Shown one piece after another: positions 1 to 7,597 of a stretch of 24,000 nt of DNA. The first letter of the stretch is position 1. The number at the start of each line of letters is the position of its first letter. The stretch is taken from the NCBI RefSeq assembly GCF_029024105.1, contig NZ_CP118963.1:384559-408558 (forward strand). The letters are read 5' to 3'. The stretch comes from Acinetobacter lwoffii. GTDB lineage: Bacteria > Pseudomonadota > Gammaproteobacteria > Pseudomonadales > Moraxellaceae. Below the pieces are notes generated by a model. It searched no databases and was not told where the DNA came from. It was given only the letters and a program-made list of their open reading frames with translations. Position numbers and translations under genes: made by a program.

Positions 1-216
1 ACTGCTGCTGGACTGGTCAATGGCATGGGCTTAATTGCGAGTTTAATGATTGGTGCCGGAGTATTCTTTTTATTGGTCACTTCACTGGCTCAGCTGATTT
101 TACATGCGTTTATGGCCGGTGGTGGCCGCGGCGGTAATGGTCGTGGTGGTTTTGGTGGCGGCTTCGGTGGTGGCGGTGGCGGTTTTGGTGGGGGAGGAGC
201 ATCAGGCTCATGGTAA
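1..216 (+). CDS. TPM-domain/YgcG-like membrane protein, C-terminal fragment (5' end outside window)
   Basis: Frame 1 is open from nt 1. A hydrophobic helix LIASLMIGAGVFFLLVTSL is followed by the Gly-rich tail GGGRGGNGRGGFGGGFGGGGGGFGGGG typical of YgcG/TPM proteins. The stop overlaps the next start (ATGGTAA). Confidence 0.55.
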   Translation, partial: TAAGLVNGMGLIASLMIGAGVFFLLVTSLAQLILHAFMAGGGRGGNGRGGFGGGFGGGGGGFGGGGASGSW

Positions 217-770
217 CAACAACAGATACAACAGAGATTGTCACACAGCCGAAGTTAGAAGAGCATGCACAGCCGAGTTTTAAGCGCTGGCTCAAGCATT
301 TCTTTTATATGCCGGCGACCAAGCGTTTTTTCTCCAAGCAGGATCAACATGCAATTGCACTAGCTGTTGAAGAAGCAGAGCATGGTCATGTCGGAGAAAT
401 TCAGGTCGTAATCGAGGGATGCTTATCTGCACGATCAGCCTATTATCAGGATACTTTGTGTAGAGCTCGACAACTCTTTGCCGAGCTCGGTGTCTGGGAT
501 ACTGAATATAACAGCGGGGTACTGCTCTATTTGAACCTCTGCGAGCATAAGGTTGAGATTGTGATTGATCGAGGAATTAAAGATGCAACGACCCAGCAAG
601 TTTGGGATGAAATCTGCCAAAATATTATTCAACATCTCGCTCAGCAGAAGTTTAAAGAAGGTGTAATTGAAGGGATTAAGCAGATTGGACAGGTCTTAGA
701 TCAGTACTATGATCGTAAAATAGATGATTTAGAAAATGAATTAGGGAATAAACCCATTGTATTAGGGTGA
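210..770 (+). CDS. TPM-domain protein (TLP18.3/Psb32/MOLO-1 phosphatase-like family)
   Basis: 186-aa ORF translationally coupled to the upstream TPM gene. The motif FFSKQDQHAIALAVEEAEHGHVGEIQVVIEG...GVLLYLNLCEHKVEIVIDRGI resembles TPM-domain proteins recalled from LemA-TPM-TPM clusters. Confidence 0.65.
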   Translation: MVTTTDTTEIVTQPKLEEHAQPSFKRWLKHFFYMPATKRFFSKQDQHAIALAVEEAEHGHVGEIQVVIEGCLSARSAYYQDTLCRARQLFAELGVWDTEYNSGVLLYLNLCEHKVEIVIDRGIKDATTQQVWDEICQNIIQHLAQQKFKEGVIEGIKQIGQVLDQYYDRKIDDLENELGNKPIVLG

Positions 771-773
771 ACT

Positions 774-810
774 GTGTAACTAACTGACAATTTTTGTCAG
801 TTAGTTACAC
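774..810. repeat. Perfect inverted repeat: 16-bp arms GTGTAACTAACTGACA / TGTCAGTTAGTTACAC, 5-nt spacer
   Basis: Read directly. It starts 4 nt after the TPM stop codon and has no U-tract on either strand. It lies about 85-120 nt upstream of the sigma-54 promoter of pilA. Confidence 0.9.
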
Positions 811-891
811 AAAAGAAAACATAATAATTACAAAAATAAAAATATTTTTTTAAAGTACTGTTTTTTATTCTAAAATTATTATAATAAAACT

Positions 892-907
892 TGGCATACT
901 TAGTGCT
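892..907 (+). promoter_or_regulatory. sigma-54 (RpoN) -24/-12 promoter of pilA
   Basis: TGGCAT-ACTTA-GTGCT versus consensus TGGCAC-N5-TTGCW. GG (893-894) and GC (905-906) have the exact 12-nt register. It sits about 75 nt upstream of the pilA ATG. pilA is RpoN/PilSR-dependent in Pseudomonas. Confidence 0.7.
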
Positions 908-980
908 AAATATAAAATTAAGCTAAATGAGCTTTTTCCTTAGGCTTATAAATAAACAATAAACATTTGTGGAGAATGTT

Positions 981-1538
981 ATGAAATCAGTTCAAAAGGG
1001 TTTCACCCTGATCGAATTAATGATCGTTGTTGCGATTATTGGTATTCTTGCTGCGGTTGCTCTTCCTGCTTATCAAGACTATACAGTTCGCGCCAAAGTA
1101 TCTGAAGGTATTTTAGCTGCCTCTTCTTGTCGTTCAGCAGTAACTGAAGCAGTTGATTCAGGTACTATTCCAGCTACAGGTCAAAAATGGGGCTGTGAAC
1201 AAGGTGAAGCTGGTACAGATAAGACAAAAGCAGCAACTAAATATGTTCAACAAGTAGCAGTTTCAAATTCTGGTACCTCTGTAGGACAAATCCGCGTAAC
1301 ATTAACAAATGATACTTCATTGAAAAGTGCAGCAGGTTTAAATATCTATATGACACCTACAACTGATGTTGATGGTAACGTTGCATTAAATTTAACTACT
1401 GTTTCAGGTGTAACTACTGATACAGCTACAACAGCTTTAATTAAGTCTTGGTCTTGTGGTTTAGTGAGTGGCGATGCTGATAAACAGAAATATTTGCCAG
1501 CTACTTGCCGTAAAGTACAAACTGCAGGTACTTTCTAA
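981..1538 (+). CDS. pilA: Type IVa major pilin PilA (prepilin, leader MKSVQKG|FTLIELM)
   Basis: Class III signal peptide with G|[34 protein letters not shown] at 971-975. C-terminal disulfide pair (SWSCG...ATCRK). The track start at 969 is a GTG extension. Confidence 0.93.
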   Translation: MKSVQKGFTLIELMIVVAIIGILAAVALPAYQDYTVRAKVSEGILAASSCRSAVTEAVDSGTIPATGQKWGCEQGEAGTDKTKAATKYVQQVAVSNSGTSVGQIRVTLTNDTSLKSAAGLNIYMTPTTDVDGNVALNLTTVSGVTTDTATTALIKSWSCGLVSGDADKQKYLPATCRKVQTAGTF

Positions 1539-1554
1539 GAGTTTGAAAGTAGTA

Positions 1555-1580
1555 AAAGCTGACTTCGGTCAGCTTTTTTT
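1555..1580 (+). terminator. Rho-independent terminator after pilA
   Basis: AAAAGCTGAC-TTCG-GTCAGCTTTT stem-loop followed by a T-run. Confidence 0.8.
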
Positions 1581-1595
1581 ACAAATGAAATTAAT

Positions 1596-3254
1596 ATGAA
1601 AATTATAATTTTTACGATTTTTCTTTGTTTTGCCTTATCTTATTTCATAGGCTTATCAGCACTCCCATGGACATCATCCTCGCAAGATTTTTTATGGTTT
1701 TTGGGTTTAATTTTATGTTTTTTTTTGTTTTATAAAAAAGAAGTTAAACTACCCAAAATTATTATTCCTCTTCTTTATATTTGTTTAATTCCTTTTATCC
1801 AATTTATATTTGGCCAGGTCTATTATTTTTCTACGGCTTTTTTTAGTTTTTGTTTTGTTTTTGGTTTTTTAGCGTCTCTTTTTTATGGTTATAACAGTCA
1901 TCAGTTAGCAGATCGAAATAAAATTATTCAATATATTGCATATTTTTTTACGATTATTGGTTTGATTAGTAGTTTATTCGCCATTGCGCAATGGCTTCAA
2001 ATCTCTCATCCTTATATCTTAAATTTAAGTCATAATCGGCCTTATGCAAACTTAGGGCAACCCAATCATTTAGCAACACTTTTAATGATGAGTATTTGCA
2101 GTGTGGTGTTTTTATATGAGCGGCATGAATATAAATGGTTCTTATGTGTGCTATTACTTGTTTTAGAAATTCATGCTCTTAGCCTGACGCAGTCTAGAAC
2201 GACATGGATTGTTATGATTGTCTTACTAGTTGTATATGTGTTAAAAAAAATAAATTTTCAAAGAACATCAACAGGAAAAATCATATTTTTATCGCTCGCA
2301 TTGTATGTGTTTCTTTTTATTTTTAATGCTGAAATTGCTGAATACTTAAAATTAGTTGCACCGATTCCTTTAGAAGATCGTATCAATAGTGGTTTTGCTC
2401 GTATTGAAATGTGGAAGCATATGATCTATGCCATCCAACAGCAACCTTGGTCGGGTTACGGTTGGTATCAAACTTCGATTGCTCAATTCGAGGGTGCACT
2501 TTTATTTCAAAATGAAGGCAATCTCTCAAGTGCACACAATATTATGATTGATTTAATACTATGGGTAGGCATTCCATTTGGTATTCTTTTGATTTTTTAT
2601 AGTTTGTACTTAATCAAGGTGATTATTTGTAATATTAAAACAACAGATGAACTTTATGTATTTATAATGATGCTATGTATATTGGTGCATGCTCAGCTTG
2701 AATATCCACTATATTATAGCTATTTCTTATTCCCTTTGGGGTTCTTTGTTGGAGTATTATTGATAAATTGCAATGTCAATACAATCTCAATCAATGAAAA
2801 ATTAAAGCAAGTAACTTTTTTATTTTCAATTATATTTTACGCTTTAATATTTCAACAATATGATCAATGGTTGACGAATCTGGGCTATGCATCAGGTATG
2901 GAAAATACAGGTCAATCACAAAATAAGCAATCAGTCATTTTTTCACAGTTTGCAGATCGAGCTGAGTTTATTGTTGCAAAAGTGGATAAACAGTATGCTG
3001 AAGACAAATTAGATTCATTTGAGCACTATGTAGTTAGTCAACCAAGCTACTATAATTTATTTAAAATGGCACAAATATTTTACTTTAATCAAGATTGGGT
3101 GAAAGCAAATTATTATTTTGAAGTATCGAATGCACTATATAATAAAAAGGCTTTATTCAAAGATTTATCAAAAATCGATACACACCAAAGTAATAATATT
3201 GCATCGCTATTTTTAAAAAAGCATGATGATCTATCAGCCCCAAACATGAAGTAA
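1596..3254 (+). CDS. Pilin-linked O-oligosaccharyltransferase, O-antigen-ligase (Wzy_C) superfamily (TfpO/PglS-like)
   Basis: 552-aa polytopic membrane protein. It shares QSRTTW, QPWSGYGWYQTS and SAHN motifs with the second OTase at 4084-5718 and has a TPR-like C-terminal tail. It lies immediately downstream of pilA and is markedly AT-rich. Confidence 0.75.
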   Translation: MKIIIFTIFLCFALSYFIGLSALPWTSSSQDFLWFLGLILCFFLFYKKEVKLPKIIIPLLYICLIPFIQFIFGQVYYFSTAFFSFCFVFGFLASLFYGYNSHQLADRNKIIQYIAYFFTIIGLISSLFAIAQWLQISHPYILNLSHNRPYANLGQPNHLATLLMMSICSVVFLYERHEYKWFLCVLLLVLEIHALSLTQSRTTWIVMIVLLVVYVLKKINFQRTSTGKIIFLSLALYVFLFIFNAEIAEYLKLVAPIPLEDRINSGFARIEMWKHMIYAIQQQPWSGYGWYQTSIAQFEGALLFQNEGNLSSAHNIMIDLILWVGIPFGILLIFYSLYLIKVIICNIKTTDELYVFIMMLCILVHAQLEYPLYYSYFLFPLGFFVGVLLINCNVNTISINEKLKQVTFLFSIIFYALIFQQYDQWLTNLGYASGMENTGQSQNKQSVIFSQFADRAEFIVAKVDKQYAEDKLDSFEHYVVSQPSYYNLFKMAQIFYFNQDWVKANYYFEVSNALYNKKALFKDLSKIDTHQSNNIASLFLKKHDDLSAPNMK

Positions 3255-3260
3255 TTGGTT

Positions 3261-3992
3261 ATGACAAAGCGTATTCAGTTTTTTATCAAGCATCTAACGT
3301 TATCCTTTATCATTGCCCTAGTGGTGCTTGGGGTTGTTTTTTACTGTTGGTACCCTACACCACTTGCAAAAGCTGTTGGTGTAACTTATATCATTTTAAT
3401 GTTATTTGCTATTGATATTATTGTTGGACCTTTATTAGGTTTATTGGTTTATAAAGAACATAAAAAAACCTTAAAATTTGATTTGACTGTCATTATTTTG
3501 ATCCAGATTTCGGCTTTAATGTATGGTATTTATAGTTTGGAGCAGGGGCGACCAGCTTGGATTGTTTATAATGTAGACCGTTTTGAGCTTGTGCGTAAAA
3601 ATGAAATCATCAATGAACATATTGAAAAGGCACAGCCACAGTACAAACAGCCCTCATTATTAAAACCTCAATATGTGATGGTCGAGGTGGCTACAGATAT
3701 TCAAAAGCGTCAAGCCGATTTATTTACGGAAGTGCTTGGAGGAGTGTCATTATCACAAATGCCAGATCGTTATATTGAATTTGATAATAAAGCACTTGTG
3801 CAAGGTAAAAATATTTTGAATATTAGAAAACTTTATGAGTACAATGAGGCATTAAGTGTTCGTAAAATTTTAGACGACTCACCTACAGCAGTAGGATTTG
3901 TACCACTAAAGGCAAGTCAAATAGATATGACGGTACTGCTTGATGCACAGGGTAAACCACTTGCAATCGTCGACCTTCGCCCGTGGAACTAA
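3261..3992 (+). CDS. TfpX/TfpZ-family type IV pilin accessory membrane protein
   Basis: N-terminal region FYCWYPTPLAKAVGVTYIILMLFAIDIIVGPLLGLLVYKEHKKTLKFDL...GRPAWIVYNVDRFELVR matches my recollection of Pseudomonas TfpX/TfpZ proteins. An alternative TTG start at 3255 abuts the upstream stop. Confidence 0.6.
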   Translation: MTKRIQFFIKHLTLSFIIALVVLGVVFYCWYPTPLAKAVGVTYIILMLFAIDIIVGPLLGLLVYKEHKKTLKFDLTVIILIQISALMYGIYSLEQGRPAWIVYNVDRFELVRKNEIINEHIEKAQPQYKQPSLLKPQYVMVEVATDIQKRQADLFTEVLGGVSLSQMPDRYIEFDNKALVQGKNILNIRKLYEYNEALSVRKILDDSPTAVGFVPLKASQIDMTVLLDAQGKPLAIVDLRPWN

Positions 3993-4014
3993 CTTGTATT
4001 TGAAAGATCAAAAC

Positions 4015-4045
4015 AAAAAGCAGATTCCCCTTTAATCTGCTTTTT
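4015..4045 (+). terminator. Rho-independent terminator after the TfpZ-like gene
   Basis: 12-bp stem AAAAAGCAGATT / AATCTGCTTTTT, 7-nt loop, T-run. Confidence 0.75.
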
Positions 4046-4083
4046 GTTTATCATGTGCCAAACTTCTACCGCTTGATATTTCC

Positions 4084-5718
4084 ATGAAATTTATGCTCGC
4101 TCTAATAGCAGCAATCCTCATTTCCCTTGCATGGCTCATGCCCATTCATTATCGGCCTTGGGTGACATATACGGGTGAGCTATATGCCTTTTTTGCACTA
4201 TTTGCTTTAGCTGCAATTTGCCTCAAAGAAAAACTCAAAATTCCAGCTCTCAGTCTGCCATTATTGCTACTCGCCTGTGTACCACTGATACATTTTCTGA
4301 CAGGACAGGTATTTTTCTTTAGCACTGCCATGATGGGCTTTATTTTTGTTTTTAGCTTTTGGCTGGCAAGTGTACTTGGCTATAATTTTTCTAGAGGAAA
4401 CAATAGCCGAGAAGAAACCTTTACCCATTTAAGCTATGTATTCTTGGTGTCAGGCACCATTACAGGCTTAATTGCTCTATGTCAGTGGATAAATCTGGAT
4501 TCAGTCTTGGTAGGCATGGTGAATATCAGTGGTACTCAACGTCCCTATGCCAATTTTGCCCAGCCAAATAATATGGCGACGTTTTTACTTATGTCGCTGA
4601 TGAGTTGCCTATATCTTTATGAAAAGAAAAAGATTCAAACAAAGTGGTTAATGACTTGCGCATTATCGATCATTATGGGCATCGCGCTTAGCCAATCCCG
4701 TACCTCGTGGGTAGCTGCCATAGCCATCATGATTTATCTTGCCATTTATCAATATAAAGGCATTATTCGCCTGAAATGGTATTACAGCATCGCTTGGTTC
4801 ATTTTCTTTATTGCATGTATTGTGGCCTTTCCTTTACTCAGTCAGTTGGCTGCACAGGCGATGAATACGGACATCGTACAAAGCAGGGATGTGGTATCTC
4901 GTGCTACCGGAGATATGTCACGACTCGCCATCTGGCAGCAGATGCTGGCCGCAATTCAGGCGCAGCCATGGTTTGGCTATGGCTGGTATCAGACCAGTGT
5001 GGCTTTTGTCTCGATCAGCGATACCATACAAGGCCCAGTTTGGATTCGAAGTGCGCATAATTTTATTCTGGACTTTTTGCTCTGGAATGGACTGATCATC
5101 GGTCTGCCTTTCTTGGCCTACTTTGGTTATTTGGGCTATCAGTTGCAACGCTGGGTCAATACGCCAGAGTCTGTCATTGGAATTTTGATGATTGGAGCAT
5201 TTGTCACACATGCCATGTTTGAGTTTCCACAGCATTATGCCTATTTCCTGCTGCCAGTCGGTTTTATTCTGGGTACGGTTCTGGCACAAAATCCAAAAAT
5301 TAAAACAGTGGTTATGCCATCAATCGGCATGCAATTCACTTTTGCTGTTGGGTTACTTCTATTGATTGTGATTTATCGGGATTATGACGTTGCAGTACCA
5401 AAACTCGGACAAAGTATTCGTTATGAAAAGCAGCAGGAAAAAATCACCAATGAAAAACCGATCTATCTGCTGACCGAGTTTAATCATCGCATTGGCTGGA
5501 TTCGTTTAAATCCTTATAGCAAAGCGTCTGTTGAACAGATTCAGGAAGGTGAACAAATGGTCTTGAGCTATCCAACCAAATATAACCTGATCAAATATGC
5601 CAAACTCTTAGCTTTTAATGGCTACGAGGCTGAGGCCAAGCATCAGCTGCAACGCTTAAAGACCATTCAGAAAACTGAAATGAGTTATGAGGAATTAACG
5701 CAGGATATGTCTCGCTAA
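4084..5718 (+). CDS. pglL: General protein O-oligosaccharyltransferase PglL-like (O-antigen ligase/Wzy_C family)
   Basis: 544-aa polytopic protein. Motifs: PIHYRPW N-terminal motif, SQSRTSW, QPWFGYGWYQTS, RSAHN. The position between pilA and bfr matches the A. baumannii PglL locus as I recall it. Confidence 0.75.
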   Translation: MKFMLALIAAILISLAWLMPIHYRPWVTYTGELYAFFALFALAAICLKEKLKIPALSLPLLLLACVPLIHFLTGQVFFFSTAMMGFIFVFSFWLASVLGYNFSRGNNSREETFTHLSYVFLVSGTITGLIALCQWINLDSVLVGMVNISGTQRPYANFAQPNNMATFLLMSLMSCLYLYEKKKIQTKWLMTCALSIIMGIALSQSRTSWVAAIAIMIYLAIYQYKGIIRLKWYYSIAWFIFFIACIVAFPLLSQLAAQAMNTDIVQSRDVVSRATGDMSRLAIWQQMLAAIQAQPWFGYGWYQTSVAFVSISDTIQGPVWIRSAHNFILDFLLWNGLIIGLPFLAYFGYLGYQLQRWVNTPESVIGILMIGAFVTHAMFEFPQHYAYFLLPVGFILGTVLAQNPKIKTVVMPSIGMQFTFAVGLLLLIVIYRDYDVAVPKLGQSIRYEKQQEKITNEKPIYLLTEFNHRIGWIRLNPYSKASVEQIQEGEQMVLSYPTKYNLIKYAKLLAFNGYEAEAKHQLQRLKTIQKTEMSYEELTQDMSR

Positions 5719-5722
5719 ATAC

Positions 5723-5750
5723 AAAAAAAGCCAGCAGATGCTGGCTTTTT
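5723..5750. terminator. Bidirectional terminator between convergent pglL and bfr
   Basis: AAAAAGCCAGC-AGAT-GCTGGCTTTTT: perfect stem with an A-run on one side and a T-run on the other. Confidence 0.85.
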
Positions 5751-5768
5751 CTTGGCTTAATTTTAAGT

Positions 5769-6233
5769 TTAGAGCTGACTTTGAATATAGTTTTCAATGC
5801 CAATGCTTTCGATCAAATCAATTTGTGTTGTGGTCCAGTCCAGATAGTTTTCTTCTTTCTCTAGGATTTCCTGAACCAGATCACGCGTCACATAATCCAT
5901 TTGGGTTTCAGCCAATGCCACTGCTTTCTGGATGGCTTCAATATTCTCTTTGACTTTGCGTACATCACAATGCAGCACTTCTTGAGTATACTGACCAATA
6001 TACAGTTTGCCCAGATTTTGTAAATTCGGCAGACCTTCCAAAAATAAAATACGTTCAATAATTTTATCGGCATGTTTCATCTGAACAATGGATTCTTTAT
6101 ATTCTGCCGAGCCCAGTTTCTCAATGCCCCAGTCATTAAACATGCGCGAATGCAGGAAATACTGGTTAATGGCAGTTAAGTGGTGATACAACACCTGATT
6201 GAGCTGATTAATCACATCACGATTGCCTTTCAT
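5769..6233 (-). CDS. bfr: Bacterioferritin subunit (heme-ligand Met52 present, ferroxidase ligands substituted)
   Basis: 154 aa, gapless by-eye alignment to E. coli Bfr (AINQYFLH.RMF, MKHAD, ERILFLEGLPNLQ.LGKL, DW). GGAG SD 8 nt upstream of the ATG. Confidence 0.92.
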   Translation of the reverse strand: MKGNRDVINQLNQVLYHHLTAINQYFLHSRMFNDWGIEKLGSAEYKESIVQMKHADKIIERILFLEGLPNLQNLGKLYIGQYTQEVLHCDVRKVKENIEAIQKAVALAETQMDYVTRDLVQEILEKEENYLDWTTTQIDLIESIGIENYIQSQL

Positions 6234-6339
6234 CGCATAACTCCATTTGGACCTGTTTTATCTTTCTAAGAAAGCGCTCTAATCCTGATAGTAAAGCAAG
6301 TCAGGGGCAAATGGCGAGTAATTTATCAAATCAAACGTA

Positions 6340-7597
6340 AAACCTCGTTTTCAAGGCAGGGATATAAATGAGTGACCTAAGCCATACGACATGAAATGTC
6401 GTTTCAAATTAACATTTTTAACTTTGGATATTCTATTGGTTATTTTCATTGATAAAATAATCGCATGAAAACACTTAAATTACGCATTAAAGATAAACAT
6501 TCCAAGATATTAGAGCAATTAGCATCTGAAGTGAATTTCGTCTGGAATTATGTCAATGATTTAAGCTTTAAACACCTTAAAAGAAAAGGTGAATTTCTCA
6601 GTGCTTACGATATTGCTGAATATACGAAAGGTACATCTAGGCTTTGTGGGTTACATAGTCAAACCATTCAGGCTGTTACCGAAGAATTAGTCATACGCAG
6701 AAAGCAATTCAAGAAGACTAAACTAAAATGGCGGGTCAGTCATAAGAAATCAGCCAGAAGATCACTAGGTTGGATACCCTTTAAGAAAGTAGCAATCAAG
6801 TATGCTGATGGCCATATCCAGTATGGCAAGCATCAGTTTAAAATATGGGATAGCTATGGACTGTCAAATTACAGTATCAAGACTGGTTCGTTTGTCGAGG
6901 ATGCGCGTGGCCGCTGGTATGTCTGCTTAGTTGTGAATAGCTCTAAAATTGAGAAATCGAGTGCGACTAATTTGATTGGGATTGATCTGGGCTTAAAGGA
7001 TATAGCCACTTGTTCGGATGGTACGATAATTTCAAATCCCAAGTTCTACCGTCAATATGAACAGAAATTAGGGATTGCTCAACGAGCGAAAAATAGAAAA
7101 CGGGTCCGTGCATTACACGCCAAGATTGCAAACTGTCGTAAAGACCATTTGCACAAAGCAAGTACGATGCTTATAAAGAAAAATGCACTAATTGTTGTAG
7201 GCGATCTGAGTGCGAAAAAACTGGTGAAAACCAAGATGGCGAAGTCTGTTCTGGATACCGGATTTTCAGCATTCAAGACCATGCTCAAGTATAAATGCGA
7301 GAACGCAGGAGTATGGTTTGAAGAAGTTAGTGAAAGTTTCACAACCCAAATGTGTTCGTGCTGTGGCGAGGTCACTGCAAGCAGTCCGAAAGGTAGAACA
7401 GATTTGCGAATAAGAGTATGGGAATGTGAAAACTGTTCAAGTGTTCTGGATCGGGACTTGAATAGTGCTAAGAACATACTTGCGCTTGGGCATAAGCGTC
7501 TCGCAGGAGGAATCAGCTCTATTTAAAGAGGTGAGGATGTCAAGGAACAGCAAATGAAAATCGACATCGAATCCATTCAGACTCAGATGAATGGCAA
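6340..7597 (+). mobile_element. IS200/IS605-family element carrying tnpB only (IS1341-like); ends approximate
   Basis: tnpB is flanked by perfect 7-bp hairpins (6386-6402 and 7573-7594). It fills an otherwise unexplained 1.45-kb gap between bfd and bfr. No tnpA is present. Exact LE/RE junctions are not determinable from this window. Confidence 0.45.
6465..7526 (+). CDS. tnpB: TnpB/OrfB-family RNA-guided nuclease-like protein (IS200/IS605 accessory protein)
   Basis: 353 aa. RuvC-I IGIDLG (D174), zinc ribbon CSCC...CENC, RuvC-III LDRDLNSAKNI. The canonical RuvC-II xEDL position reads VVGDL (G246). Confidence 0.85.
   Translation: MKTLKLRIKDKHSKILEQLASEVNFVWNYVNDLSFKHLKRKGEFLSAYDIAEYTKGTSRLCGLHSQTIQAVTEELVIRRKQFKKTKLKWRVSHKKSARRSLGWIPFKKVAIKYADGHIQYGKHQFKIWDSYGLSNYSIKTGSFVEDARGRWYVCLVVNSSKIEKSSATNLIGIDLGLKDIATCSDGTIISNPKFYRQYEQKLGIAQRAKNRKRVRALHAKIANCRKDHLHKASTMLIKKNALIVVGDLSAKKLVKTKMAKSVLDTGFSAFKTMLKYKCENAGVWFEEVSESFTTQMCSCCGEVTASSPKGRTDLRIRVWECENCSSVLDRDLNSAKNILALGHKRLAGGISSI

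Noticed and set aside
115-205. Run of GGT/GGC-rich near-repeats that looks like a tandem repeat
   Set aside because: It is the in-frame Gly-rich tail (GGGRGGNGRGGFGGGFGGGG...) of the YgcG/TPM protein. This is low-complexity coding sequence, not a structured repeat or CRISPR.
4149-5289. Alternative-frame ORFs overlapping pglL (4149-4331, 4776-5060, 4889-5095, 4918-5289)
   Set aside because: They are embedded in the 544-aa OTase frame, which carries conserved family motifs. Their products are low-complexity or Arg/Cys-rich, typical of off-frame translation.
5615-5953. ORFs 5615-5803 (minus) and 5738-5953 (plus) spanning the pglL/bfr junction
   Set aside because: They run through the bidirectional terminator and overlap the ends of two well-supported genes.
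7079-7477. 132-aa antisense ORF inside tnpB, examined as a possible tnpA remnant
   Set aside because: There is no HUH/Y1 or serine-recombinase motif. It lies fully inside the well-supported tnpB frame on the opposite strand, so it is a shadow ORF.
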